Origin: Pseudomonadales bacterium
GTDB lineage: Bacteria > Patescibacteriota > Microgenomatia > UBA1400 > PJMF01
Direction of reading: 5' to 3'
Length of the DNA: 64,000 bases
NCBI GenBank assembly: GCA_020632265.1
Contig: JACKFW010000001.1
Coordinates: forward strand, 401,892-465,891
Shown here: one piece after another, positions 38,153 through 49,103 of the stretch
How the letters are laid out: every line of letters begins with the position of its first letter
Numbering within the stretch: position 1 is the first letter of the stretch
Translations under genes and position numbers: made by a program
The notes under the pieces: generated by a model
Told to the model about the DNA's origin: nothing
The model's database searches: none
What the model saw: the letters and a program-made list of their open reading frames with translations, nothing else

Positions 38153-39772
38153 ATGAATATGTATCAAAGCACAGACACCTCACAATTTGACCACGTTAAG
38201 AACTGTCTCATTTATGCTCGTGTTAGTACTAGCCGACAAGTTGAAGAAGGTCACTCACTCGAAGATCAAATTGAACGCCTAACAAAATTTGCTAAAGATC
38301 GCGAATGGCGAATTTTAGAAGCGTTCAAAGATGGCGGAAAAAGTGGTGGTTCAACATCTGGCCGAGCTGAGTTCAACCGTATGTTGGAACGCTGTGCTGA
38401 TGATCCTGATGTTCACGCAGTGTTACTAGAAGAAACTGATCGTTTTGCTCGTAATGCTCAGGACCACTTGGCCGTCAAATCATTTCTCAAAAAGCATAAT
38501 GTAGTCTTGATTGCTACTCAGCAACCTAATTTTGGTGATGACCCCGTTGGCAATTTTGTTGATCTCATTATGGCTGGTGCTAATCAGCTACAAAGAGAAA
38601 TAACTGGTGTTAAAACCAAGCGAACAATGGTTGGTCTGGCAGAGAAAGGACTACAACCTGGTGGAGCTGTGCTTGGATACCTAAACTCTTACGAAAAAGG
38701 TGTGCCCTGGAAAATTGATAAAGAGCGAGTGTACTATGTAAAAGAAGCCTTCAGCAGATACAACACAGGCAACTACTCCATCCATACCCTTGGTGATGAA
38801 CTATATGCAGAAGGCTTTCGTACTAGAAATGGCAAACGTGTTCATTCAAGTAACATTCAAAAAATCCTAACCGATGTTCGTTATCTTGGTTGGGTAAAGT
38901 ACGATGGCAGAATCTATAAAAATGGCCAACACCCTCAACTTATCAATATCACGGAATTTAAAAAAGCGGAGGCAATTATGAAAAAACATAACAAGGGAGC
39001 AAATAGGTCACGCAAACATAACTGGTTTCTGGCAGGATTAGTCTACTGCCAGCATTGTGGTTCATTGATGTCAGGTGAAAAACATGAGAAAAGTACTGGC
39101 AAAATCTACAAGTACTATCGCTGCATGGGACCTAAAAATCATGGTCATACTTGTAATGAACCATATGCCAATATAGAGAAGGTTCATGACCAACTGTACA
39201 AATGGATTACTGGTTTAGAGTTTACCGATACCTTTTTTGACGGCCTTCGCCAAGAATTGATGTCACTCATGGAAAATCAAGGTGATACTGTCAAAGACAG
39301 GCTGGACACACTCCAAAAACGTAAAGAATCAATAGAAAAGAAAATGGATAAGCTGGAAGATCAAATGCTTTCAGAGGTGATTCCACAGGATAGAATCGAG
39401 AAAAAGTACAAGCCATTGCGAGATGAGCTAACAGCCGTTGAAGCCAAAATCGAAAAGCTGAACAGACCCTCAAATAATATGGATGAAGAAAAGATCGAAA
39501 CGATCATCAAGTTCATGAAACGCTTGCCCGAACTTTATGATGCCTTCAACAAAAAAGAACGTAAACAATTTCTTAAGTGGTTCACCACAAAGATCATGAT
39601 AAAGGATAAGAAAATCGTTGATATTACCTATACACCAGGCTTTCAAGCCATGGTTGATAGAGACATCGTTCGGATAAGCGAAACGTGGCTCCGAGCAATA
39701 GACGCTATTCGAACCTGTGTTATGCAGGAAAATGTTAGATTTTATCGCTTATTAGATGCTCCATTGTCTTAA
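38153..39772 (+). CDS. large serine recombinase (integrase)
   Basis: Catalytic IYARVSTSRQ, DRFARN, recombinase domain, zinc ribbon CQHCGSLMSG...YYRCMGPKNHGHTC, coiled-coil tail. Confidence 0.85.
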   Translation: MNMYQSTDTSQFDHVKNCLIYARVSTSRQVEEGHSLEDQIERLTKFAKDREWRILEAFKDGGKSGGSTSGRAEFNRMLERCADDPDVHAVLLEETDRFARNAQDHLAVKSFLKKHNVVLIATQQPNFGDDPVGNFVDLIMAGANQLQREITGVKTKRTMVGLAEKGLQPGGAVLGYLNSYEKGVPWKIDKERVYYVKEAFSRYNTGNYSIHTLGDELYAEGFRTRNGKRVHSSNIQKILTDVRYLGWVKYDGRIYKNGQHPQLINITEFKKAEAIMKKHNKGANRSRKHNWFLAGLVYCQHCGSLMSGEKHEKSTGKIYKYYRCMGPKNHGHTCNEPYANIEKVHDQLYKWITGLEFTDTFFDGLRQELMSLMENQGDTVKDRLDTLQKRKESIEKKMDKLEDQMLSEVIPQDRIEKKYKPLRDELTAVEAKIEKLNRPSNNMDEEKIETIIKFMKRLPELYDAFNKKERKQFLKWFTTKIMIKDKKIVDITYTPGFQAMVDRDIVRISETWLRAIDAIRTCVMQENVRFYRLLDAPLS

Positions 39773-39780
39773 AATAGCCT

Positions 39781-39938
39781 CCATTACTTCCACTGCTTCC
39801 ATTTTTTGTGTAACGATTACACGCTTTGTTGTGGCACACCACCCCCACCCCACGGGAGGCTCAATAAAACCCTTCCAGGAGGTAGATGGAACTGCGGGCG
39901 AGTAAAGAGATAGTATGGTCTAGACAGAGCCACCAATT
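39781..39938. other. GC-rich noncoding block with hairpins (candidate element junction)
   Basis: ~50% GC versus ~33% background; GTGTAACGATTACAC hairpin; CCCCACGGGAGGCTC is an inverted near-match of GAGCCTCCCACGG at 53758. Confidence 0.3.
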
Positions 39939-41735
39939 TTACAAGCTTTGGTAGTATCTCTTAATTTTCTCAGCCATTAACTTTCTTCTTTCCGCTAAGA
40001 AAGTTTCATAATCCAACAAATCAGCTTCTAAAATCATTTCTGGAATACAGTTTTGTTGCAAATTGTTTAATAGCTCATCATGGTCAGTAATAGCACCATA
40101 TAACATGTCGCTATTTTGAATTTGCTCTACAATCATAGAAAAGTAGGCTTTTGGCTCCTTGTTGCCAATTTTGATATTAGTTTCTGATTGCATGTATACG
40201 TAATTGGCTATTTGGTTGTACTCACTTCGTTTCTTGCCATTCTTCTTTAGAAAATCTCTGGGAAACAAGTGATGAATATCGCCTCTGTGAGTAATCAAAT
40301 CTTGTACAGTAATTTCTCTAGATAAAAATCCTTTATCCTTATCTTTCACTTGTGCAGCCAAATACACATTAAAATAGGGACTGGTAGAAACAGAGGTATT
40401 TAAGCTCTGTACTAGACTGGCTGACCAAAAAGCTTCAGATAAATCGGCTGCTTCGACATCCTCCAGATACTTTTCAATAGATTCTTCAGAAATTTTCTTA
40501 ATATCAAAATCCATTTGGGATTCTGGAGAACCTGAGTATCTTCCCGTGAGTATTGAGAGCACAAACCAGCGTCTTACGAATCTTTCAATCTTCTCTGGTG
40601 GATAATTTAGCGATTTTAACTTGAGGTAAACAATGTAGGCAAAATTAAGAGCATTACCAGACCTGATCATTGATTTATCAATAAAACCAGTTGATTTGAT
40701 AATCATTAAAAATCTCTTAAAATTTGTTTCATTCACAAAGCTAGTTACTGAGCTCTTTAATCGTGCAAAAGTATCCTCAGCAATTTCTTCCTCGTAGGTA
40801 CGAGTTTCAAAATTTCTTCCAGAAAGTAAGCCGACCAAATCAGCTAGTTTTCCTCTGCCAAACTCACTCACAAAAGAAACTCTCAAAACATCTTTGTAAT
40901 CTGGATCATACAAATCATCATTTTCGTCTTTTAACCATCTTAAGTGTGAATAGTAGTCACCCTTAACAAAGGTTTCATCAACTTCACTCATGCGAGCGTA
41001 AAAATCAGGAGCAACTGCCAAATGACAGAAATAATCAATACATTTTCGTAGTTCTGGACCACCATATTGATCATTTGAGGCAATCTTACTCATCGCAAAG
41101 TCTGCCTGACTCAAAACTACTCCCTGGCTATTAATACGCACAAAAATTTCTGTGACAGTTTCAATATCAAGCTCCCCGCTTAATTCAATTAAACCAATTT
41201 GTTTTTTAACCATGCCCTGCAATCTCTGCAAAACTGCTTCAATGGTTTCTTCACTGGCTGAAGGGTTTTTCTCGCAATAATCTCTGATAAGTTTCAATAA
41301 ACTTATGTTTCCTTGAATAACTGCTGAAATATCAGGAATCCAAGACACATCCTTTTCAATAGCTGGGTTAAATACCTCAAACTTTTCTTTGAGTGGATGG
41401 AATGCGATTTGAATACGTTTTTTCCTGTATTCTTGATCGATAATTTGTTCACCAAGTATGGCTGCAGCCATAGCAGTTACACGCTGTTGTCCATCAATCA
41501 AAATTTTTTTACCTTCTGAAGAACTACCATCTTTTAGACGAATACTTGGATTTCTCCAAGAAATCAAATACCCAATCGGATAACCCTGATAAAGTGAGTC
41601 CATGAGGTTTCTAACTTTAGTTGCATCCCAGACAAAAGGTCTTTGTATTTCTGGAATAGCTATCTCTCCAGACTTGACCCATACTAATATGGTATCGATT
41701 AAATGTTGATTAACAGAGTATTTTTGTAGTTGCAT
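39939..41735 (-). CDS. GmrSD-family type IV restriction endonuclease (DUF262 plus DUF1524)
   Basis: N-terminal ParB-like IPEIQRPFVW and LIDGQQRVTA (DGQQR); C-terminal His-Me finger DIHHLFPRDFL. Confidence 0.75.
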   Translation of the reverse strand: MQLQKYSVNQHLIDTILVWVKSGEIAIPEIQRPFVWDATKVRNLMDSLYQGYPIGYLISWRNPSIRLKDGSSSEGKKILIDGQQRVTAMAAAILGEQIIDQEYRKKRIQIAFHPLKEKFEVFNPAIEKDVSWIPDISAVIQGNISLLKLIRDYCEKNPSASEETIEAVLQRLQGMVKKQIGLIELSGELDIETVTEIFVRINSQGVVLSQADFAMSKIASNDQYGGPELRKCIDYFCHLAVAPDFYARMSEVDETFVKGDYYSHLRWLKDENDDLYDPDYKDVLRVSFVSEFGRGKLADLVGLLSGRNFETRTYEEEIAEDTFARLKSSVTSFVNETNFKRFLMIIKSTGFIDKSMIRSGNALNFAYIVYLKLKSLNYPPEKIERFVRRWFVLSILTGRYSGSPESQMDFDIKKISEESIEKYLEDVEAADLSEAFWSASLVQSLNTSVSTSPYFNVYLAAQVKDKDKGFLSREITVQDLITHRGDIHHLFPRDFLKKNGKKRSEYNQIANYVYMQSETNIKIGNKEPKAYFSMIVEQIQNSDMLYGAITDHDELLNNLQQNCIPEMILEADLLDYETFLAERRKLMAEKIKRYYQSL

Positions 41736-41744
41736 TGTGACTTC

Positions 41745-43250
41745 CTATTTTACTAACTTTTGTAATTCTTCATAAATTCTGACCATGGCGTAGGTATCCA
41801 AAGTACAGTATTTGCTGAGATTTTCCATAATCTCGGCTCTTCTGTCCTGGTGCTTGTCCTCTAAAACAGTTTGTGTCCACATTCTTCTGGCTAGTAAACC
41901 ATTGTTTACATCCAATTCTTTATAACTAAGCTCAGGTGCCATTACTGGCAACACTTTTTTAACTGAGGCACTACCGAAAAAATCTTTGTGGAAATACCAC
42001 ATTTCAGAAAATGGGATCATGAGGTCGTTAATTCGCTCGTTAAGCTCCATTAAAAACTCAGAATATTCTGGATAAAGAGCTGCCATCCGATCGTTGCATC
42101 CCTTTTCATAACTCATATTCCAAGCCAAAACTGTTCCTTCATCCCCAATATCCTGTTTAAGCTGACTTAATAAGCCTGGCATGGGATTGGAATTGTCAGC
42201 ATGCAAATATTCATAATGTTCAACTTCGCTTGTCGGTGATCTAAGTATATGAAGTGAATATTGAAATGGGTAATCTTTATATGGACTCATCCCATCAAAA
42301 GTTGGAATGATAGAAGACATAGTTTCGTAGTCAAAAAAATAGAGTGGATATTGAAATGTATCTAAAAATTCCTTGATCTTCTCTTTATCAACCAGCGGCT
42401 TGTCTTCTCTAGTGGTTTTGATTTGAGCAAACTGCTTGGGTCGTAAAACCAACTCATCAGGCACATCAGCAATCCTTGTTATACCAGTATCTTCTAGCTT
42501 GCCAATTTGTTCACTGCTGGGATAACTTAATTCGTACACATTGTAAGGGTCAGTATTTGGCTTTAGCAATTTAAAAATGCCCATCCATTCTTGAAACCAT
42601 TGAGAAACACCAGGAATTCCGACTTTGTTTACATACCTTGGTGAAATATCTGGCATTGTTGAACTATTCAACACAGCTTGAGCAGCTAAAATTTGCTGCT
42701 CTGTAACATCTGAAAGAGATCGAACTTTATCAGTGATATCAGTTTGGGTACAAAATTGTTGTACATCAATAGCTCCATCTCTCACATAATCTTTGTTTGC
42801 ATGGATGACGACAATATTTCTTACCTTATAATCAGATTTTTCTAATACTAATAATTGAAAAGCCAAGTCATATTCATGTTCAGGCTTGGCTTTAGTAGTT
42901 GATTTAATTTCAATCAAATCAAATTCTTTTTCACCTACTTTTTGCAATACGTCAAAAATACAAGTTAAGCCACTTGCTTCTAATCTTCCTTGCAAAATAA
43001 CTTGAGTGCCATTGTTAATTTCATTAAGTGTTTTGTCTGCCAACGCCAAATAGCTGTCGTAATTACTAAACCCAAGTCTCACTGCTCCAGGAAATAACTG
43101 TTCAGCATAGCTCTCAAACTCGTGTCCCACATCAAACATGGCTTGTGTGTCTTCATCAATCGGTGGCAGCTTAGACTTGTCATACTTTTTCAACCAGAGC
43201 CACGCTGGATGACGGAGAAAAAGCATGTAGTCGGATTTGGAAAGTGTCAT
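41745..43250 (-). CDS. PD-(D/E)XK nuclease-like protein (DUF2779-like)
   Basis: FDVLQKVGEKEFDLIEIKSTTK gives D...EIK core; co-operonic with hsdR. Confidence 0.5.
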   Translation of the reverse strand: MTLSKSDYMLFLRHPAWLWLKKYDKSKLPPIDEDTQAMFDVGHEFESYAEQLFPGAVRLGFSNYDSYLALADKTLNEINNGTQVILQGRLEASGLTCIFDVLQKVGEKEFDLIEIKSTTKAKPEHEYDLAFQLLVLEKSDYKVRNIVVIHANKDYVRDGAIDVQQFCTQTDITDKVRSLSDVTEQQILAAQAVLNSSTMPDISPRYVNKVGIPGVSQWFQEWMGIFKLLKPNTDPYNVYELSYPSSEQIGKLEDTGITRIADVPDELVLRPKQFAQIKTTREDKPLVDKEKIKEFLDTFQYPLYFFDYETMSSIIPTFDGMSPYKDYPFQYSLHILRSPTSEVEHYEYLHADNSNPMPGLLSQLKQDIGDEGTVLAWNMSYEKGCNDRMAALYPEYSEFLMELNERINDLMIPFSEMWYFHKDFFGSASVKKVLPVMAPELSYKELDVNNGLLARRMWTQTVLEDKHQDRRAEIMENLSKYCTLDTYAMVRIYEELQKLVK

Positions 43251-43267
43251 ATTTTTGTTTACAATTT

Positions 43268-46200
43268 TTAACTATTTACATGCTTCTTAAAATTTTCAGC
43301 TTGCTCAAAAATATCTTTATATGCTTCATCATGGGCAATTGGTGGATAATCATTCTCTGATAACAACACTACTAGATCAGCACGAAGCTCAGCTTTGATA
43401 TCTGCCCTTTCATCCCAAGCTGGATAACGAGTTTTATCATCGACAACTTCTTTTACTTTCTTAGATAATTCAAGCAAGCGATCCTCAGGATATTCAAAAT
43501 CATATTTAATAGTCAAAGCTTTTAAGATGTCATAAAATGATTTTTCTTCAATATCAATTCCAAGTTGTTTAAATGATTCTTTCTCATCTCCCAATTCATT
43601 AACTAAGTTAATAATTTCTTCCGTGAATTCTTCTAAAACTTTACTAATTAATACGTCTTGTTCCTTTCGGTTATTGTATTTATCAACAAGTTTTTTAAAT
43701 CGATCTGCAAATTCTATGCCCTTAACTTTATTTATCTTCTTAAGTGCATTTATCTCCTTTTCTAACAACATCTCCAACAAGCGTATTTTCGCATTTGGCA
43801 TTTTAATCTTACGGATTTTCTCAAGGAAATCAGGGTCAAATAAATTTATTTCTTTGGAAGATTTATCTCCTAGTTTGAAAATTTCTTCAACCCCTTCACT
43901 TTGCAATGCTTCATGCACCATCTCAGTTACCACTTTATTCATCTGAGCTGTGTCAGGTGCATTGCCACGCGTTAATTTAAAAACAATTGTCCGTACAGCA
44001 AGATAAAAGTGAATTCGATCACGCTCGCTATTATCAAAAGCCTCTAGATTGCCAGCACAAATATCATATGCTGCTTTTAGTCTACGACAGAATTCTATAA
44101 AGCGTTTTTCTTGTTCATCACTGCGCATAACAAATTCTGCACTAAGATTTAGAGCCATTAAACGCTCAACAGCGCTCCCATCAAAATAGACATCTTTTTG
44201 AGTAAATCCATGAAAATACTTATCAAGTAAGTCTAGGTAATCTTTAGTGTTTTTTATTGCTTTTTCAATATCTTCAATCGTAGTACCTGCGCCACCACCA
44301 CTACCATATTGACCGAGTGCCTTGTTCATTTCTCGTTTAAAGCCAAAGTAATCAACAACTAAGCCTCGATCTTTAGTTTTGTATTTGCGATTTACTCGTG
44401 AGATGGTTTGTATAAGTGTGTGCTTGCTGAGTGGTTTATAGATATACATGGTATCTAGGGATGGCACATCAAAACCAGTCAGCCACATGTCAACATTAAT
44501 AATGACTTTTAGATTAGATTTGTCACTTTTGAATTGCTTGGCAAGTTTATCGTGATAGGCTTTATCTCCAGCTATGTCCCACATATCTTGACTGTCGTTG
44601 TTGCCACGATTCATAACTAATTTAATTCGTTCAATTGGGTACAGTTCCTGTCTTTGTGTTTCATTTAAACCTTCCAAGTCTACAGCCTCCCGAACCTCAG
44701 CCCATGCTGGTCTAAGATTTAGTATTTCTGTATACAGACTGAATGCAATGGGGCGTGATGGACAAACCAACATAGCCTTTTCTGCAATGGTTGCTCCTTC
44801 ATTTATTCGCCCTTCGTAGTGGTTGACAAAATCTATTGCAATTGCACGTATTACATCTGGATCACTAAGCAGCACGGTCATTCTAGACATCTGCTTTTTA
44901 CTTTCTTCTACCTGATATTCACTTGCACCAACTTCAATAGACTCTTGATAATAATCTTCAATTTCTTTGAGAGATTCTTCATTTAATCGAACCCTTGCAG
45001 CGCGTCCTTCATAAACAATTGGGACAGTAATCTCATCAAAAACCGATTCTGTCATTGTGTATTGGTCAACTACTTCTCCAAAAACATCAAATGTTGCATC
45101 TATTGGTGTTCCAGTAAAGCCAACATAAGTTGCATTTGGCAGAGAATCGTGAAGATACTTGGCAAAACCATATGTAACTTCAGTACCATCTTCGGTGATC
45201 TTTACTTTTTGATCAAGGTTAGTTTGTGAACGATGCGCCTCGTCAGAAATACAAATAATATTTGAGCGATCACTTAATAAACCAGCTGATTCAGTAAATT
45301 TGTGTATTGTTGTCAAAAATACGCCACCACTCTCGCGACCACCTAAAAAATTGCCAAGCTCACTTCGACTCTCTACATTGGTTATGTTTTCTTCACCAAA
45401 GAATTTTTTTGCTTCTACAAATTGCCCCGTTAGTTGGTCATCAAGATCAACACGATCGGTAATGAGCACTATTGTTGGGTTTTCAAATTCAGGACTACGC
45501 ATTAAGAGACGTGTGAGATACAGCATTGCATAACTTTTTCCAGAGCCAGTTGCCCCAAAATATGTTCCACCTTTTCCATCACCTTCTGGTCTCATCGCCT
45601 TATAAATACTTTTATAAAGTTTAGTTGCAGCAAAATATTGAGGATAACGACAAACAATTTTTTCTTCTTTTTTACTACTATCAGGGAAGAAAATAAAATC
45701 TTTAGTTACTTCCAATAATCTTTCCTTGGTAAATAATCCATCTATCATTGTTACAAGTGAGTCAATGCCCTCGCTTTCAACCACTTCATCACCAGTCACT
45801 TTACGCCAAGCATAATAATACTCATAAGCAGCAAAAAATGAACCCATCTTGCTGTTTACACCATCACTAATCACACATAACGCGTTGTACAAAAATAATG
45901 AAGGGATATCACGCTTATATCTTTTGGTAATCTGCTCAAAAGCGTCGAAAATAGTTGCTTCTTCACGAGTGGTTGATTTGAATTCAAATACGACTAAAGG
46001 CAGACCATTGATATAAATTAGAGCATCTGGTATTCGATAAGGCGTGTAGTTTTCTAAAATTTGCAACTGATTAACCACTTTATAGGTATTGTTATTAGTA
46101 CTTTCAAAGTCTATAAACCGAATCAAAATGTCTTTTTGAGATCTGTCAAAGCGAGTCAATTTATATCCATCCTGCAACCAGCGAATAAATTTTCTATTAC

Positions 46201-46438
46201 TGTCATAGAGTAAGGCACTGTCAAGCGATTCTAGTTCCCTGATTAAAAAATCTATCTCTTCTGAAGTTATACCCTCTTTTTCATACTGTTTCCTGAGATA
46301 GTTTCGAATATCATCTTTGATGAGCACATCGGTTATTTCTCGATTGAGGATATTTTCACCTAACAAATGTTCATAACCCTTATCAGTTAGCATTTCTACT
46401 ATTGCTTCTTCTAGTTGTTGCTCTGTAAATATACTCAT
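43268..46438 (-). CDS. hsdR: type I restriction enzyme R subunit
   Basis: 1056 aa; Walker A GATGSGKSYAMLYL, DEAH box ISDEAHRSQ, helicase motifs. Confidence 0.9.
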   Translation of the reverse strand: MSIFTEQQLEEAIVEMLTDKGYEHLLGENILNREITDVLIKDDIRNYLRKQYEKEGITSEEIDFLIRELESLDSALLYDSNRKFIRWLQDGYKLTRFDRSQKDILIRFIDFESTNNNTYKVVNQLQILENYTPYRIPDALIYINGLPLVVFEFKSTTREEATIFDAFEQITKRYKRDIPSLFLYNALCVISDGVNSKMGSFFAAYEYYYAWRKVTGDEVVESEGIDSLVTMIDGLFTKERLLEVTKDFIFFPDSSKKEEKIVCRYPQYFAATKLYKSIYKAMRPEGDGKGGTYFGATGSGKSYAMLYLTRLLMRSPEFENPTIVLITDRVDLDDQLTGQFVEAKKFFGEENITNVESRSELGNFLGGRESGGVFLTTIHKFTESAGLLSDRSNIICISDEAHRSQTNLDQKVKITEDGTEVTYGFAKYLHDSLPNATYVGFTGTPIDATFDVFGEVVDQYTMTESVFDEITVPIVYEGRAARVRLNEESLKEIEDYYQESIEVGASEYQVEESKKQMSRMTVLLSDPDVIRAIAIDFVNHYEGRINEGATIAEKAMLVCPSRPIAFSLYTEILNLRPAWAEVREAVDLEGLNETQRQELYPIERIKLVMNRGNNDSQDMWDIAGDKAYHDKLAKQFKSDKSNLKVIINVDMWLTGFDVPSLDTMYIYKPLSKHTLIQTISRVNRKYKTKDRGLVVDYFGFKREMNKALGQYGSGGGAGTTIEDIEKAIKNTKDYLDLLDKYFHGFTQKDVYFDGSAVERLMALNLSAEFVMRSDEQEKRFIEFCRRLKAAYDICAGNLEAFDNSERDRIHFYLAVRTIVFKLTRGNAPDTAQMNKVVTEMVHEALQSEGVEEIFKLGDKSSKEINLFDPDFLEKIRKIKMPNAKIRLLEMLLEKEINALKKINKVKGIEFADRFKKLVDKYNNRKEQDVLISKVLEEFTEEIINLVNELGDEKESFKQLGIDIEEKSFYDILKALTIKYDFEYPEDRLLELSKKVKEVVDDKTRYPAWDERADIKAELRADLVVLLSENDYPPIAHDEAYKDIFEQAENFKKHVNS

Positions 46439-47556
46439 ATTACTGTCTCCATACAGATATCTTTTGCATTCTTTATGAGAACTGGACTTATTTCTTTAGT
46501 AATTTTTTTAAGTTTTTGAGTAAGTTTTTTGCGACTTTGCAATGCACGATGTATTTCCACGATTGATTTTTGTACTTCTATAGGTGGTACTGGCAAACGA
46601 ACTCTTTGCATTTCAGACCAATCAAAAGTCTCTCGAGCGCTACCCCATGAATTGTATCGAGCATAGCGATCAAACTCTGGTCTTTTAAACCATAGTAATA
46701 AGAACTCAGGAAGTAACTTTGATTTATCAGTTAGTTTGAATGTTTGATAAGTGCTTGATATAACACATGGTTTCCAATCGTCATTAAGAGCAATTGATAA
46801 CTTCTCACCATTTCTAGAAGTAACAGTCACATAAGCAAACTGTTCTGGTTGTACAACTTTATAGTTATCTAAACTGACGCCATTCATATTAGCTTTAGAT
46901 TCTATGAACTTCTTCTTAATCGAAATTCCTTTTAGATCACTACTACCAAGTTCATGATTGCGCTCATCAGTAGCTTGAATGTATTCTCCAAGCTCTTTCA
47001 TTCCGTATTGTTTAACTAAGTTTTCAGTAAAAGTATTGGAAATAAGTTGTAAATCAGAAAAGCTATTTTCGTGATTATCGATAAGTTTTAGTAAATTACC
47101 ATAAATCTTTACATATTCTCTTTGTTTTTCAATGGGTGGTAGTGGTATTTCAATATTTTGCATATTGATCCAATCAAAAGTGTCTCTGGTGCTACTCCAC
47201 GCATTGAATGCCGCATATCTGTCAAATTCTTCTCTACTGAGATATATCAATAAATATTGGGGATGCAATATGTTGGTATTTATCACTTTAAATGCCACAT
47301 AAGATGGAGATACAAGTATGGGATGCTCATATGAAGACAAGGCCAAAGCTAAAGGCTTAAATGGATTCATTCTTGGAATATAAGCAAACTCATTTTTATG
47401 TACGATAAAATGATTAGATAAATTCTCTCTATTAACCTTCCCTGCAGGTTCACGAAAAACCTTTTTTTCACTAATTCCAACCAAATAATCTAATGAATCA
47501 TCGTTATTTTTGTCTGTTATTCGTTGAATGAAATCACCAAGTTTTTTATATTTCAT
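46435..47556 (-). CDS. hsdS: type I R-M specificity subunit
   Basis: Two TRDs each followed by the conserved repeat FDRYA.FN.W.S.R.TFDW..MQ...P.PPIE.Q. Confidence 0.85.
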   Translation of the reverse strand: MKYKKLGDFIQRITDKNNDDSLDYLVGISEKKVFREPAGKVNRENLSNHFIVHKNEFAYIPRMNPFKPLALALSSYEHPILVSPSYVAFKVINTNILHPQYLLIYLSREEFDRYAAFNAWSSTRDTFDWINMQNIEIPLPPIEKQREYVKIYGNLLKLIDNHENSFSDLQLISNTFTENLVKQYGMKELGEYIQATDERNHELGSSDLKGISIKKKFIESKANMNGVSLDNYKVVQPEQFAYVTVTSRNGEKLSIALNDDWKPCVISSTYQTFKLTDKSKLLPEFLLLWFKRPEFDRYARYNSWGSARETFDWSEMQRVRLPVPPIEVQKSIVEIHRALQSRKKLTQKLKKITKEISPVLIKNAKDICMETVI

Positions 47557-49102
47557 ATCCTAAGCCTTTAAATGCCTCCCTCAGTTCCTTTTCTGCGGTT
47601 GTTTCTTCACTCAATATCTTGCTCATATCTTTTTGGATTCGTTTCATTTCTTTGTCAAAGTCTATTGTGTTATCTCGATCAACAAACTCAATGTACTTAC
47701 TTGGAACAAGACTGAAATCATTATTTTTGATTTCATCAAAACTCACACCTCGACATGTTTCTGGAATATCTTGGTAATCTCCATCAACTTCTTGCCATGA
47801 GTGAAGGATGTTACTCGCTTTGGAAATATCTTCGGGTGTCAGTTCTATGTATTTTTTCTCAAATTCACTACCCCAAGTGCGTAAATCCATAAACAAAATT
47901 TCTCTTTCTCGGTCTCGCAATTTCCTATTGTCATCTCCAACTTGAACATCTCGTGCTTTTTTATTTTTACTTAAAATCCAAAGAGTAACTGAGATATCAG
48001 TACTGTAAAAAGTATTTCGTGGCAAAACAATGATTGCTTCTACAAGATTATTCTCAATGAGGCGACGACGAATGTTTCTGGTATCACTATCGCTTAACGC
48101 GCCATTAGCTAGCAAAAATCCTGCAGTTCCATTAACACTCAATTTACTCACAATATTAAGAATCCAGGCGTAGTTAGCATTACTAACTGGAGGAACATCA
48201 TAGCCTGCCCAACGGGGGTCATCTTTCAATTCACTCTCAGCACGCCAATCCTTTTGGTTGAATGGTGGATTAGCCATAACATAATCCGCCTTAAGGTCCT
48301 TATGTTGATCGTTTGCAAATGTATCGGCATTTGTTTTGCCCAGATTTCCCGAAATGCCTCTTAGTGCCAAGTTCATTTTGGCAAGACGATAGGTTGTATC
48401 AATAGATTCCTGTCCAAAGACGGCAACTTTCTTAGTATCACCTTTGTGAGCTTCAATAAATTTGAGGGACTGCACAAACATGCCACCTGAACCACAACAA
48501 GGGTCATAAATCTTTCCACTATATGGCTCGATCATCTCGGCGATAAGATTAACTGTGCTTTTTGGAGTATAAAATTCTCCCTTACCCTTTCCCTCTAGTA
48601 CTGCAAATTTTTGCAAGAAGTATTCATAAATTCGTCCCATCAAATCAAATGATTCATCCCCAATATGAATATTATTGTTAATGTGATCAATAAGAGCGGC
48701 GATTTTTGAGCTGGATAGGTTCAATCGTGAATAGTAGTTATCAGGTAATGCGCCTTTTAAACTAGGATTATTTTTTTCAATATTGTTTAGAGCTGTATCA
48801 AGTTTAATTGAGATATCGCTCGACTTAGCGTTTTTAACAATATAGCTCCAACGAGACTCTTCAATTAGGTAAAAGACGTTATCTTTTTGATAAAACTCCT
48901 TCATCTCAATAAACTTAGTCTTACCCTCATTTGTAAGTTTCTCTCGTTGCAGTTCAAATTTATCACTGACAAACTTCAAAAATAATAAAGGCAAGGTTAC
49001 ATGTTTATATTCTGCAGCTTCAACAACACCTCTTAAGGTTTTTGCGATATCGTTATAGAGAATTTCCTCTAATGCTTTCGTTTTATTTTTAGATTTAGCC
49101 AT
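47546..49102 (-). CDS. hsdM: type I R-M N6-adenine DNA methyltransferase subunit
   Basis: NPPF motif VMANPPFNQKDW and AdoMet motif I DPCCGSGGMFV; start trimmed to MAKSK (49102). Confidence 0.9.
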   Translation of the reverse strand: MAKSKNKTKALEEILYNDIAKTLRGVVEAAEYKHVTLPLLFLKFVSDKFELQREKLTNEGKTKFIEMKEFYQKDNVFYLIEESRWSYIVKNAKSSDISIKLDTALNNIEKNNPSLKGALPDNYYSRLNLSSSKIAALIDHINNNIHIGDESFDLMGRIYEYFLQKFAVLEGKGKGEFYTPKSTVNLIAEMIEPYSGKIYDPCCGSGGMFVQSLKFIEAHKGDTKKVAVFGQESIDTTYRLAKMNLALRGISGNLGKTNADTFANDQHKDLKADYVMANPPFNQKDWRAESELKDDPRWAGYDVPPVSNANYAWILNIVSKLSVNGTAGFLLANGALSDSDTRNIRRRLIENNLVEAIIVLPRNTFYSTDISVTLWILSKNKKARDVQVGDDNRKLRDREREILFMDLRTWGSEFEKKYIELTPEDISKASNILHSWQEVDGDYQDIPETCRGVSFDEIKNNDFSLVPSKYIEFVDRDNTIDFDKEMKRIQKDMSKILSEETTAEKELREAFKGLGYEI

Positions 49103-49103
49103 A

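Larger units (their letters stand above)
30490..39860 (+). mobile_element. putative integrative element A (Ltp/XRE module, Prim-Pol primase-helicase, large serine recombinase); boundaries approximate
   Basis: Gene content typical of small integrative plasmid/prophage-like elements; paralogous to element B; left edge coincides with the duplication junction, right edge with a GC-rich noncoding block. Confidence 0.35.
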
